A stretch of DNA of 41,614 nt, taken from sequence record SRR22947727_787. The stretch is one strand, 5' to 3'. Every line of letters begins with the position of its first letter. Positions within the stretch are counted from its first letter, which is position 1. The position numbers and the translations under genes were made by a program. This document shows, one piece after another, positions 18,858-28,564 of the stretch. The notes below the pieces were generated by a model. That model was not told the origin of the DNA. It ran no database searches and saw nothing but the letters and a program-made list of their open reading frames with translations.

Positions 18858-19691
18858 TTAAAAGTCGGTGCTGTAATGAAGTGTCGAACGAGGACATGAT
18901 GAAGGCATAAAACTTTTCAATACATCCGTAGCGCCATTCGAGTAGAATTCATAGCTAGCTGCTTTAGATATTAGACCATTTTCGGTCAATTCTTCTATAA
19001 CTGTTTCACGGACCAATAGCCCTTCCTTTTTCAATACCTTTTTGGTTTGCTTGGCCACAGCGCCAGCAGCATCTATTATTTCTATCCGAGACGACAGTAT
19101 TTTTTTTATGGCAGGGATTAAATAAGGATAGTGCGTACAACCTAAGACGAGGCGGTCAATCCCTTTTTCCTGCATAGGTAATAAATAGGATTTCAAAAGC
19201 TCAGCCACCTCCTCTCCGTCTGCAAAACCACCTTCGATTAAAGCGACCAATCCAGTACCTTCCTGCTCAATAATTTCAACCCCCCCTGCATTCTCAAGGA
19301 CTGTTTTATGAAACAGTGCACTACCAAGGGTGCCCTTGGTAGCCAACAGGCCCACTTTCCCAGTGAGTGTTTGCAAAGCTGCTGGTTTAATTGCGGGCTC
19401 AATACCTATAAAAGGAATTGTATATTTTTCTCTGAGTACGGCTATTGCATTGGTTGTAGCAGTATTACAAGCCACCACAATCAGCTTACAACCTTTGCTG
19501 ATTAGAAAGTCTGTGTTTTTAATAGATAAAGCTAAAATAGTTTCTGCTCTTCTTTCTCCATAGGGTGCGTTGGCACTGTCTGCCACGTAAATGGTAGATT
19601 CATTAGGCAATAGGTTGTTCACGGCAGACCAAACAGAAGTGCCCCCTACTCCAGAATCAAAAAAACCAATAGGACCAAAAGAATTACTCAT
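18858..19691 (-). CDS. murI: Glutamate racemase
   Basis: FDSGVGGTSV, PYG, VVACNTAT and VLGCTHYP (both catalytic Cys present). Confidence 0.97.
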   Translation of the reverse strand: MSNSFGPIGFFDSGVGGTSVWSAVNNLLPNESTIYVADSANAPYGERRAETILALSIKNTDFLISKGCKLIVVACNTATTNAIAVLREKYTIPFIGIEPAIKPAALQTLTGKVGLLATKGTLGSALFHKTVLENAGGVEIIEQEGTGLVALIEGGFADGEEVAELLKSYLLPMQEKGIDRLVLGCTHYPYLIPAIKKILSSRIEIIDAAGAVAKQTKKVLKKEGLLVRETVIEELTENGLISKAASYEFYSNGATDVLKSFMPSSCPRSTLHYSTDF

Positions 19692-19702
19692 ACTACTAAA
19701 AT

Positions 19703-19727
19703 AAAAAAACCGCCTCTAAAGAGGCGG
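19703..19727 (-). terminator. Intrinsic terminator after skp
   Basis: Minus strand CCGCCTC-TTTA-GAGGCGG-TTTTTTT. Confidence 0.88.
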
Positions 19728-19756
19728 ATTTATCTGAACAAAGATGGGAAATTATC

Positions 19757-20266
19757 TTAGAATCCCAATTCTTTTTTAACGTCTGTCATTAAGTTTTTAC
19801 CTCTAGACACCAATAAACCATATCCTTGAGTAGCGTCTAAAACATAGTCAAAACCTTGTGCAGTAGCCACTTTTTCAATGGCTGCTTTAGCTTTTTCAGA
19901 GATAGGAGCAAATAACTCAGCCTGCTTTTTTTGCAATTCCTGCTGTGCAGCTTGTTGTGCTTCGTTAATTGATTTTTCAAAACCTTGAAGCTCTAAAGCT
20001 CTTTTTTCGTTTTCTTCTTGTGTCTTTGAAGCAGACTCATTCGAATACAAAGTGTATTTGTTTCTCAACTCAGTCATTGAATCTTCAATATCTGCTCTGT
20101 AAGTTTCCTGCAATTTCTTTAATTCAGCATCTGCCGCCTTCATCTCTGGCATCTCAGATAATAACGCTTGTACATTAATATGCGCTACTTTGCTTTGGGC
20201 TTGCGCAAAACTTGTCGCAGCTACAAATAGGAATAATGCAACGGCTATTTTCTTTAAATTCTTCAT
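19757..20266 (-). CDS. skp: OmpH/Skp periplasmic chaperone
   Basis: Signal peptide; KVAHIN...LLSEMPE, coiled coil, IEKVATAQGFDYVLD; downstream of bamA. Confidence 0.93.
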   Translation of the reverse strand: MKNLKKIAVALFLFVAATSFAQAQSKVAHINVQALLSEMPEMKAADAELKKLQETYRADIEDSMTELRNKYTLYSNESASKTQEENEKRALELQGFEKSINEAQQAAQQELQKKQAELFAPISEKAKAAIEKVATAQGFDYVLDATQGYGLLVSRGKNLMTDVKKELGF

Positions 20267-20318
20267 CGTGTTAATTAAATTGAGTGTTAATTTTTTGTTT
20301 GTTGTTAAATCTAGTGTT

Positions 20319-20326
20319 CAAATATA
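20319..20326 (-). promoter_or_regulatory. Internal TAnnTTTG promoter element for the second skp
   Basis: Minus strand TATATTTG just after the upstream stop, 52 nt before the ATG. Confidence 0.55.
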
Positions 20327-20330
20327 AAAT

Positions 20331-21134
20331 TTATTCTGGTATACTGTCTTTTTGTTGGGCAGGAAGTTTGTCAGATTTCTTTTTTTCTCTTGCTTCTTTT
20401 AGTTTTTGCTTCCGAAACTCGTAGGCTTTTAACCTATCTTCCCTCAATTTTTGCTGTGCTGCTTTCTTTTCGGCAATCTGTTGTTCCTTTGAATTTATCT
20501 TTTCAAGTTCTTCTGCCGCCTTATCTTCTAAGGCTTCATTTACAGGAGCGTCTTCTTCTGAACCTTGATTTATTTCTGCATCACTAAGCACCATATTGGC
20601 ACTCATGTCTTGCCTACTCAAAGCTCTAATGACTAAATTACTCAAATTAAAACGTTCGTTCGCGAATAAAATAGTAGTACTTCCATCTGACTTATCCAGG
20701 ATGAGGTCATACCCTTTTTCTTTTCCCAATCGCTGCACCTCATTAAAGACCAAATCCTGTATGGGTTGAACAATAGAATTTCTCAAGGCGAATAAATCTC
20801 CTTGAACCCCAAATCGCTGTTGCTGGTAAGCGACCAAAGATGCCTTGGCAGATTGAATTTCTAATTCTTTTTCCTCAACCAGGCTTGGCGTGAGTAGTGC
20901 TTTTTGCGCAGACAAGTCATTCTCTAATGTCTCCAGGGCTAATTTTCTAGCGGCTATTTCCATTTGCCAGCCTCCTACGCGGTCTTCTAAAGAACGTTGT
21001 GCCTCCAAATAAGAAGGCAATTTAGACAATATATAATCCATATCTATATAGGCTACCCTGGCCTGTCTTTGAGCGTGAACGCTACTCAAACCAAGCCAAA
21101 AAACAAATAGTAGGTATGTAATTGTCTTTGTGAT
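20331..21134 (-). CDS. OmpH/Skp family protein with a long charged C-terminal extension; start codon uncertain (ATC at 21134 proposed)
   Basis: RVAYIDMDYIL, QQRFG..GDL, KGYDLILDK. The reading frame stays open upstream of TTG 21089 and encodes ITKTITYLLFVFWLGLSSVHA-QR, a complete signal peptide with no ATG/GTG/TTG at its start. Confidence 0.85.
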   Translation of the reverse strand: MTKTITYLLFVFWLGLSSVHAQRQARVAYIDMDYILSKLPSYLEAQRSLEDRVGGWQMEIAARKLALETLENDLSAQKALLTPSLVEEKELEIQSAKASLVAYQQQRFGVQGDLFALRNSIVQPIQDLVFNEVQRLGKEKGYDLILDKSDGSTTILFANERFNLSNLVIRALSRQDMSANMVLSDAEINQGSEEDAPVNEALEDKAAEELEKINSKEQQIAEKKAAQQKLREDRLKAYEFRKQKLKEAREKKKSDKLPAQQKDSIPE

Positions 21135-21152
21135 ACTTAAATATAATAAATA

Positions 21153-23774
21153 TTAAAAACGCTGTCCAATGATAAAGTGTGTCTGCCATCCTGATGGTCC
21201 CACAGAACCAGGCTGATTGTCTGCGTCAAAACCATAACCAAAGTCTATTCCCAACAAACCAAAAGCAGGCATAAAAATACGCACCCCTACTCCAGCTGAT
21301 CTTTTTATATCAAAGGGATTAAATTCCTGAATGGTATTAAAGGCGTTTCCACCCTCCACAAAAGCCAATCCATAAATAGATGCAGATGGTTTTAATGTAA
21401 TGGGATAACGCATTTCCATAGAGAACTTATTGTAAACTACCCCACCTTCTTGTTGGTTTGTGGTAGGATCTATTGGGGTAAGAGATTGATTTTCATAACC
21501 CCTCAATTGAACCACTTCCCTACCGTCTAATGTAAAGTTACCAAGCCCGTCTCCTCCAACAAAGAAACGCTCGAAAGGCACATTACCAATGTCTGGATTG
21601 TAGTTGCCCAAGAAACCAAATTCCGTATTGGTTCTTAAAATTAATTTACCAACTATTCTGCTATACCAGTCTCCTTTGAAGTTTAATTTGTAAAATTCCA
21701 ACCACTTAAAACGAGATTCTTCTAGGGTTTCTAAGCGCCTTAATTGGCTTGCAGAAGCTTCTCCAACAGACCTTAAACCTATAATCTCATCACTCTCTTC
21801 TTTAATAGACTTAAAATCTTTAGATCCTAATAAAGAGAAAGGTGGCGTAAACTTAGCCAAAAACTCAAAACTAGATCCTCCTGTTGGGAAGATTGGATTA
21901 GGCCCAGAAGATTTTCTTGAAAGGCCAAAAGTATAGGTCAAAGAGTTAGAAGTTCCATTACCAAAATTAAACAATCCTATATTGTAGTTTTGAAAATCGT
22001 ATTGTTGGTAGCCCAATGCGTGAGACACAGAAAAGTAATCGTCTGGCCACTGAAGGCGCTTGGCCAACCCAAGAGAAATACCCGTAATGGAAAACTGCCT
22101 GTCCTTATCTACATCTCTAGCAACAAAATCAAAGGAGTACTGCTGTGTTCTGGAAAGAGAGACATTGAATCTAATCGGTTTTTTACCCCCCATCCAGGGC
22201 TCAGAAAAGTTTAAACTGTATACCTTAAAAGTCCTACTCGCCTGTAAACGAAGTGCAAAAGTTTGTCCGTCACCCATAGGAACCGGCTTGTACGCTTCCT
22301 TGTCAAAAATATTTTGCAATGAAAAATTACTAAAAGAAAGTCCTAAGGTTCCAATAAAACCACCACCACCATAACCCCCTTGGAGTTCAATTTGGCTGGA
22401 TCCCGCCTCTACCAAACTATAAGCCAAATCTACGGTACCTGTATTGGGGTCTGCATTTTGAACATCTGGCGATATTTGCTCGGCGTCAAAAAAGCCCAGC
22501 TGCCCCAATTCTCTAATACTTCTAATAATATTGTCTTTAGAGTATTTCTGACCAGGACGGGTCCTGAGTTCTCTGAAAATAACATGGTCATTGGTCTTAT
22601 CATTCCCATTAATAGTGACGTGATCTAAGAAAGTTTCTTTTCCTTCTATAATTCTAATTTCAAAATCAATGGTATCATTGGCCGCAGAAACTTCCACTGG
22701 ATTAATACTAGAAAACAAATAACCATTGTTCTGATACAAATTGGTAATATCTTCTCCGTCTGGTTTGGTATTGTCTGCGATACGCTTTCTAAGCAGCACT
22801 CCATTGTAGGTGTCTCCTTTTTTAATACCCAATACTTGAGACAAGCCCCTATCCGTATAAACAGTGTTTCCTACGAAATTAATGTCTCCAAAGTAGTATT
22901 TATCGCCTTCTTCTACTTTAATTTTTAATGCAATGTTTTCATCGTTTACCTTAGTGAAGGTATCCATGAGAATTCTAGCATCCCTGTAACCATTTTCAGC
23001 ATAAGCATCTTTAAGGCTTTGCAAGTCGGTCTGATAATCTTCTGGAATGTATTTAGATTTTTTCCAAAACCTGTAAAAAGCCTTTTCCTTAGTTTTCTTT
23101 AAGGCTTTTTTAAGTCTTGCCGCACCCAGGGCTTCATTTCCTTCGAACTCAATCTCTGAAATCTTAACCTTAGCGCCTTTGTTAATGTTAATGACCATTT
23201 TCTGCGCATTGGTCTCCGTAGTGTCTGCAGCCGTTGCAATAGTCACTTTAGTATTTAAATACCCCTCTTTCTTGTATTTATTTTGAAGATAATTTTTTGA
23301 ATTTGCAATTAAACTCTCCGTAATCTTCTTTCCTTTCTTTAAATCCGTATCGGTTAATATTGCGTCTACTTTTCTAGACTTCACACCGTACACAGTTACC
23401 TGAGATAAAGTAGGTCTTTCAATAATCTCTAATTCCAAGAAAACTTTTTCGTCTTCAATATTAGTGATGAAAAAATTAATATCGCTAAAGAGTTCTAAGT
23501 CCCATAATTTACTGATCACTTCGCCTATTTCTTCTCCTGGTAAAGTAATGGGCTGCCCTACCCTTAATCCTGTAAAAGTTTTCACAGTCTGGGCATTGTA
23601 GCTTTGTAAGCCAACGACTTCAATACCCCCAAGGATATATTTTTTACCGTCGTCGTATCCGCCCTCTTGGGCTAAAAGGAGGGTGCTGCTAAAAAAAAGA
23701 ACCAATACCATAAAGGCATTGGTTATTGATGCAATAAAATTTTTATTTGCTAAGTTGTTCGCTTGTTTTTCCAA
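21153..23774 (-). CDS. bamA: Outer membrane protein assembly factor BamA
   Basis: POTRA repeats (GNDKTNDHVIFREL), LRGYEN motif, C-terminal FGLLGIDFGYGFD...HFIIGQRF; TTG start overlapping the end of uppS. Confidence 0.96.
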   Translation of the reverse strand: MEKQANNLANKNFIASITNAFMVLVLFFSSTLLLAQEGGYDDGKKYILGGIEVVGLQSYNAQTVKTFTGLRVGQPITLPGEEIGEVISKLWDLELFSDINFFITNIEDEKVFLELEIIERPTLSQVTVYGVKSRKVDAILTDTDLKKGKKITESLIANSKNYLQNKYKKEGYLNTKVTIATAADTTETNAQKMVININKGAKVKISEIEFEGNEALGAARLKKALKKTKEKAFYRFWKKSKYIPEDYQTDLQSLKDAYAENGYRDARILMDTFTKVNDENIALKIKVEEGDKYYFGDINFVGNTVYTDRGLSQVLGIKKGDTYNGVLLRKRIADNTKPDGEDITNLYQNNGYLFSSINPVEVSAANDTIDFEIRIIEGKETFLDHVTINGNDKTNDHVIFRELRTRPGQKYSKDNIIRSIRELGQLGFFDAEQISPDVQNADPNTGTVDLAYSLVEAGSSQIELQGGYGGGGFIGTLGLSFSNFSLQNIFDKEAYKPVPMGDGQTFALRLQASRTFKVYSLNFSEPWMGGKKPIRFNVSLSRTQQYSFDFVARDVDKDRQFSITGISLGLAKRLQWPDDYFSVSHALGYQQYDFQNYNIGLFNFGNGTSNSLTYTFGLSRKSSGPNPIFPTGGSSFEFLAKFTPPFSLLGSKDFKSIKEESDEIIGLRSVGEASASQLRRLETLEESRFKWLEFYKLNFKGDWYSRIVGKLILRTNTEFGFLGNYNPDIGNVPFERFFVGGDGLGNFTLDGREVVQLRGYENQSLTPIDPTTNQQEGGVVYNKFSMEMRYPITLKPSASIYGLAFVEGGNAFNTIQEFNPFDIKRSAGVGVRIFMPAFGLLGIDFGYGFDADNQPGSVGPSGWQTHFIIGQRF

Positions 23775-24486
23775 ATCTTCTTTCTCTATTCTGATAATTA
23801 GCTAGGGCAGACTCTAAATGCGCTTTACTAAAGTCTGGCCAACAAGCTGAAATAAAATACAATTCTGCATAGGCAATTTGCCACAGCAAAAAATTACTAA
23901 TTCTGTGTTCCCCACTGGTTCGCACCAACAAATCTACCTCTGGCAAATCATGAGTGTAAAGATGGGTATTTATAATGGTTTCATCAATGTTATCTGGTGA
24001 AATTATATTATTTTTAACTTTGACGCTAATGGCTTTTACGGCTTGAATAAGCTCCTCTCGACTTCCATAACTAAGGGCTAAACTCAGCGTCATACCACTG
24101 TTGTTTCGGGTCTTTTCTATCACTTCTTCTAACTCTTGAACCGCTTTCTTTGGCAGGGCAGAAAGGTCTCCAATAGCGTTCAAACGAATGTTGTTGGTCT
24201 CGAAGGTTTTTAACTCTTTTTTAAGGGATCGTATCAAGAGTTTCATCAATAAATCTATCTCAAATTTAGGACGGTTCCAGTTTTCTGTAGAAAAAGTATA
24301 TAGTGTTAAGTATTTAATACCCAATGACACACAATGCTCTACAGTGGCACGCACCGTTTTAACCCCTTGCTCATGACCAAAAGTTCTTGGCATTCCCTTA
24401 GCCTTAGCCCAACGTCCATTACCATCCATTATAATGGCTAAGTGTTTGGGCAAGCGGTCCTTATAAAGTACAATCTCTTTTTCCAT
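23743..24486 (-). CDS. uppS: Undecaprenyl diphosphate synthase (isoprenyl transferase)
   Basis: HLAIIMDGNGRWA, FSTENWNRP, RTSGEHRISNFLLWQIAYAE, RERRFG. Confidence 0.98.
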   Translation of the reverse strand: MEKEIVLYKDRLPKHLAIIMDGNGRWAKAKGMPRTFGHEQGVKTVRATVEHCVSLGIKYLTLYTFSTENWNRPKFEIDLLMKLLIRSLKKELKTFETNNIRLNAIGDLSALPKKAVQELEEVIEKTRNNSGMTLSLALSYGSREELIQAVKAISVKVKNNIISPDNIDETIINTHLYTHDLPEVDLLVRTSGEHRISNFLLWQIAYAELYFISACWPDFSKAHLESALANYQNRERRFGKTSEQLSK

Positions 24487-24488
24487 TT

Positions 24489-25160
24489 TTAATCAAAACA
24501 ATCCTTACAAGGTTTTCTAGTAAAAGTATAGGTGAAACTTATTCCAGAAAACACATACCAATTGTTTCCAAATTGGTAGACGGCAAAATTAGAATTTATT
24601 GGGTTACTTCCATCTAAATTATCGGTAAATGTGTATCTAACTCCAATTTCTGCTCCTAAAATGCTATTTGAACCCACCCTGGCTTTAAGTCCAAAATGAA
24701 TTGGGAGGGCAAAAGAAATGTCTTTTTTCTGGGTATCCATCAGATTTCCAGAATCAAAATAATTATAATCATACCTAAAAACAGTGAGACCTGAGTATAT
24801 ATAAGGGGTAAATACCGGTCCAAACCTATGAAGGTTATAAGGCAAGAAATTGACTTCTAAACCGGTGGATAGTTCCAGTAAACCAGTATTCCCATTTAAA
24901 TTTCTTAAAATTCTAGCGGGGTCTTGTGCTTCTTTATCATTAAAACTCAAATTGGTATAACTTAAACCAGCCCTCCAGGCGTATCGCTGGCTTTTATTCC
25001 ATTTAAACAATAAACCAAAACCAAAATTAGAAGGACTTAAGTGTTTTTGAGACCCCACATCAGATAAGGCATTTGTCCCACCTAATATTACGCCAGCCTC
25101 ATAGGTCTGGGCTTGAACCAAAGTAATAGACAGCAAAAATATACATAAATAGAAACGCAT
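24489..25160 (-). CDS. Small outer-membrane beta-barrel protein (DUF6089/PorT-like)
   Basis: Signal peptide, alternating beta strands, RYTFTDNLDG motif, C-terminal PCKDC; typical position between nadK and uppS. Confidence 0.72.
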   Translation of the reverse strand: MRFYLCIFLLSITLVQAQTYEAGVILGGTNALSDVGSQKHLSPSNFGFGLLFKWNKSQRYAWRAGLSYTNLSFNDKEAQDPARILRNLNGNTGLLELSTGLEVNFLPYNLHRFGPVFTPYIYSGLTVFRYDYNYFDSGNLMDTQKKDISFALPIHFGLKARVGSNSILGAEIGVRYTFTDNLDGSNPINSNFAVYQFGNNWYVFSGISFTYTFTRKPCKDCFD

Positions 25161-25241
25161 GTGCTAAGCTTAAAGGGTGTCATTAAAGACCGTTAAGGCC
25201 TGCCTAAGTATAAAACAACTAATCAGAATTTTTATTGTGAC

Positions 25242-26150
25242 TTAATTCCTTTTGTCTTCTCCCCATAAAAGTTTTTTACGGAGTGTTTTTAGGAAACTCT
25301 CCGAAGTATAAGCCACCATCTTAAGGGTATAAGGTGCTTTTTTAATAACCAATTCTGTGCCGTTGTCTATACTCGCGATACGAGAATCTAGTGAAACCAA
25401 ATGCTGCTGTTCCCTTCCGGACACTACAAGCCTAATCTCTGTATGGTCCGTTATAATCAGTGGCCTTGCATTCAGATTATGTGGTGCAATGGGTGTTAAG
25501 ATAAGTGAATTAGTCCCTGGTGCCATTACAGGACCTCCACAAGACAAAGAGTAGCCTGTTGAACCTGTAGGCGTAGCAATAATTAAACCGTCTGCCCAAT
25601 AAGAAGTAAGGTATTCTCCATCTAAATAAGTAGCTACCGTAATCATGGCTGTGGTATCTTTCCTGCTGACAGTAATTTCATTGAGCGCTACATTTACCTC
25701 TCTAAATGCGTCAATAGGATGGTTTGTGTACAAGCATACCATGCTTCTTTCTTCAATGGTGTAAGCGCCTGCTACAAAATCAGTAATCACTTTCTGAACA
25801 GCACCCACATCTATGGTAGACAAAAAACCCAATCTCCCAGTATTGACTCCAACCAATGGAATGCCAGAATCTTTAATATAAGTGATGGCCTTTAGCATAG
25901 TCCCATCCCCACCAAAACTCACAAACAAAGAGGTCTCCTTTGGCACTTCTTCTTGACTAGAAAAAGTGCCTAAAGGGGACAATAATGCATGTAGCGATGT
26001 TTCATTGAACGAAGCTATGGCTTCCTTGAAATTATTTTCAATAGAGGCTTTTCCCCCTACAGCTTCAATAGCCTCTAATATACCCACCAAAGCTTTAACG
26101 GTAATTTCAGAGGGTAAATAGCCAAAAAGTGCTACGTTTAATTGCACCAT
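25242..26150 (-). CDS. nadK: NAD kinase
   Basis: GGDGTML, GVNTGRLGFL, LNE, DGLIIATPTGSTGYSLSCGGP. Confidence 0.97.
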   Translation of the reverse strand: MVQLNVALFGYLPSEITVKALVGILEAIEAVGGKASIENNFKEAIASFNETSLHALLSPLGTFSSQEEVPKETSLFVSFGGDGTMLKAITYIKDSGIPLVGVNTGRLGFLSTIDVGAVQKVITDFVAGAYTIEERSMVCLYTNHPIDAFREVNVALNEITVSRKDTTAMITVATYLDGEYLTSYWADGLIIATPTGSTGYSLSCGGPVMAPGTNSLILTPIAPHNLNARPLIITDHTEIRLVVSGREQQHLVSLDSRIASIDNGTELVIKKAPYTLKMVAYTSESFLKTLRKKLLWGEDKRN

Positions 26151-26151
26151 A

Positions 26152-26796
26152 TTATATATTTAAATAAGTATCTAAGTAAGCGGCATTATCTTTGAGTATA
26201 CTGGCAAAAAGATCTTCCCCTTCAATAAAGGTTATCTCAAAACCAAAACGCCTTAAACCTGCCAAAGTATCTTGAATAGGGTTTGGCGCTATTTTTATCA
26301 ATACATTCATCTCCCTGTCCCATTCCCAAGTAACTAAGCCCAAAATTTGCTGTTGTGTTTGCTCAAAAATAGTGATCAAACGCGTTAAAGAAAAATCCAA
26401 CTGTGCCATTTTTACTTCAATCACAATGCCATCCTGTTCGAAAAGCGACAGAGAAGCCGTGGCTGTTATAAAATCTTTTTCAAAAACATAACCCACAAAG
26501 CGTTCCTCTTTAGTGACCACAGCAGCCACGGATACTTGTAATTTTTTAAAGCCCAACCCATAATTAAACCAATGGGTTTCTGATGAGATACTGTCTGGCA
26601 TAAAAGTATAAGACAATTCATCTAAGGCATTAAAATCAAGTTCACATAAAACTTTCAAAGAAACCATTCCTAAAAACCGTTCTTGATCAATAACAGCCAA
26701 CCAATCGCATTGGGCCTGCTCAAAGCGGCCTAAAACAATCTCTTTAGAATCTTGAAGATTCAAAAAAGGCAGGTTATATACTATCAATGACTCCAT
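26152..26796 (-). CDS. Divergent CBS-domain protein with possible C-terminal ACT-like domain
   Basis: Two CBS-like motifs (LAVIDQERFLGMVS; AVVTKEERFVGYV) and C-terminal LRRFGFEI...YLDTYLNI, immediately upstream of nadK. ATG 26796 preferred over TTG 26841. Confidence 0.65.
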   Translation of the reverse strand: MESLIVYNLPFLNLQDSKEIVLGRFEQAQCDWLAVIDQERFLGMVSLKVLCELDFNALDELSYTFMPDSISSETHWFNYGLGFKKLQVSVAAVVTKEERFVGYVFEKDFITATASLSLFEQDGIVIEVKMAQLDFSLTRLITIFEQTQQQILGLVTWEWDREMNVLIKIAPNPIQDTLAGLRRFGFEITFIEGEDLFASILKDNAAYLDTYLNI

Positions 26797-26962
26797 ATAC
26801 TGAGCTAAAATGGGTGGATACTTCTTAAAATAAGACCTCAAACAACAACTGTGACAACTACTTAAATTGGTTCAAAATGGCCTTATTATTTAAATAAATA
26901 AATATGCGCTTGTTTTTTTTGCAAATTACTAATTAAAAAATGGAATAGCCCTCGCTTATTTG

Positions 26963-26970
26963 TATTTTTG
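26963..26970 (+). promoter_or_regulatory. TAnnTTTG -7 promoter element of pdxJ
   Basis: TATTTTTG, 24 nt upstream of ATG 26995. Confidence 0.6.
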
Positions 26971-26994
26971 TTCCCGAACAATTGCAATGAATTC

Positions 26995-27711
26995 ATGACA
27001 AAATTAAGCGTAAACATAAACAAATTAGCCACACTCAGAAATGCACGTGGCGGAAATGTGCCAGACCTTCTCGTGTCTGCATCTGACATAGAACGATTTG
27101 GTGCTGAGGGCATTACCATTCACCCAAGACCAGACGAACGCCATATTCGTTACAAAGACGCCAGAGAACTTAAAAATGTGGTGACCACAGAATACAATAT
27201 AGAAGGCAATCCAAACGAAAAATTTATTGCTCTGGTATTAGACGTAAAACCTACCCAGGTTACTTTAGTTCCAGATGCAGTAGACGCCATAACCTCTAAT
27301 GCAGGTTGGGATGCTATTACCCATGCAGACTTTTTAAAAAATACCATAGCACGGTTTAAAGCAGCAGGTATAAGAACCTCTATTTTTATAGACCCTCTAA
27401 TAACACAAATAGAAGCAGCGGCAGCTACAGGTACAGACCGAGTAGAGTTGTACACAGAAGCCTATGCAAAGGGGTTTGACCAAGGGAATAAAGAAGCCGC
27501 TATTGCGCCCTATAAGGCAGCTGCAACCAAGGCCAGGTCTTTAGGCTTAGGCGTAAATGCAGGCCATGACCTGTCTCTAGACAACATTGGCTTTTTTAAG
27601 GCAGAAATTAAAGAACTGGACGAGGTTTCTATAGGCCACGCGCTCATTTGCGAATCCCTTTATTTGGGCCTAGAAAATGTCATTCCCATGTACTTAAAAG
27701 CACTTTCCTAA
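26995..27711 (+). CDS. pdxJ: Pyridoxine 5'-phosphate synthase
   Basis: [53 protein letters not shown]. Confidence 0.97.
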   Translation: MTKLSVNINKLATLRNARGGNVPDLLVSASDIERFGAEGITIHPRPDERHIRYKDARELKNVVTTEYNIEGNPNEKFIALVLDVKPTQVTLVPDAVDAITSNAGWDAITHADFLKNTIARFKAAGIRTSIFIDPLITQIEAAAATGTDRVELYTEAYAKGFDQGNKEAAIAPYKAAATKARSLGLGVNAGHDLSLDNIGFFKAEIKELDEVSIGHALICESLYLGLENVIPMYLKALS

Positions 27712-28481
27712 TGCCTTTACTACACGCCAATAGTTTTGGAAGTGGAGAAGACCTTGTTATTCTCCATGGTTTTTTAGGGACCAGTGACAACTGGAAGAGC
27801 TTAGGTAAGGCTTACGCCGATGCTGGTTTTCGCCTCCACCTTTTAGACCAAAGAAACCACGGTAGAAGTTTTCACAGCTCACAATTTTCTTACACCCTTA
27901 TGGCAGAAGACGCCTTGGACTACCTCCTTGAGCATGGCATTGAAAAAGCAAAGGTTCTAGGGCATTCCATGGGAGGTAAAACCGCCATGTACCTTGCAGG
28001 CATAGCTCCAGAAAAAGTACAAAAACTACTCGTTGCAGACATAGGGCCAAAGGCTTACCCACCGCACCACAAAACCATATTAGACGCCTTGAGCATCTTA
28101 TACAACAGCCCGCTAAACAGTCGGTCGCAGGCAGAAGAAATCTTGTCTGTCCACATTAAATCAGCTGGGATAAGGCAATTCCTTCTTAAAAATCTTTACA
28201 GAAAAACCCCTGAAACTTTTGGATTCAGGGCTAACATTCCTGTACTTTCTGGCGCTATGGATGCTATTGGTGAAGCACTCCCTTCTGAATTTATTTTCGA
28301 GAAGCCCAGCATGTTTTTATCTGGTGCGCAATCTGATTACATTCTCCCAGAAGACCATCTGAGTATCTTAAGACAATTTCCACAAGCCCAATTCAAGTCC
28401 ATTTCAAATGCAGGACATTGGCTACATGCAGAAAACCCAAAGGATTTCTTTGCAGACACATTGGCCTTTCTTAGGGTCTAG
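27711..28481 (+). CDS. Alpha/beta-fold hydrolase (YbfF-like esterase)
   Basis: LHGFLGTSDNW, DQRNHGRS, GHSMGG nucleophile elbow, AGHWLHAENP; start coupled to the pdxJ stop (TAATG). Confidence 0.92.
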   Translation: MPLLHANSFGSGEDLVILHGFLGTSDNWKSLGKAYADAGFRLHLLDQRNHGRSFHSSQFSYTLMAEDALDYLLEHGIEKAKVLGHSMGGKTAMYLAGIAPEKVQKLLVADIGPKAYPPHHKTILDALSILYNSPLNSRSQAEEILSVHIKSAGIRQFLLKNLYRKTPETFGFRANIPVLSGAMDAIGEALPSEFIFEKPSMFLSGAQSDYILPEDHLSILRQFPQAQFKSISNAGHWLHAENPKDFFADTLAFLRV

Positions 28482-28533
28482 TTCTCCCCAGCTTAAAAAA
28501 ATATAACACCCATTTAAAAAGAGAACTCAAAAA

Positions 28534-28564
28534 TTGTTGTACTTATTAAAAAGCACTACTTTTG
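28534..28564 (+). promoter_or_regulatory. Sigma-A promoter of tig
   Basis: TTG (28534-28536), N20, TACTTTTG (28557-28564). Confidence 0.7.

Noticed and set aside
23691..23698. A8 run in the bamA signal-peptide region, and other A/T homopolymers (1455-1464, 8897-8905), as phase-variation sites
   Set aside because: The runs are short, common in AT-rich genomes, in frame or part of terminators, and bamA is essential.
20331..23774. BamA-Skp read-through fusion (both are in the same frame, separated by one TAA)
   Set aside because: BamA ends in the required terminal Phe, TAA is rarely read through, and the downstream segment encodes its own signal peptide.
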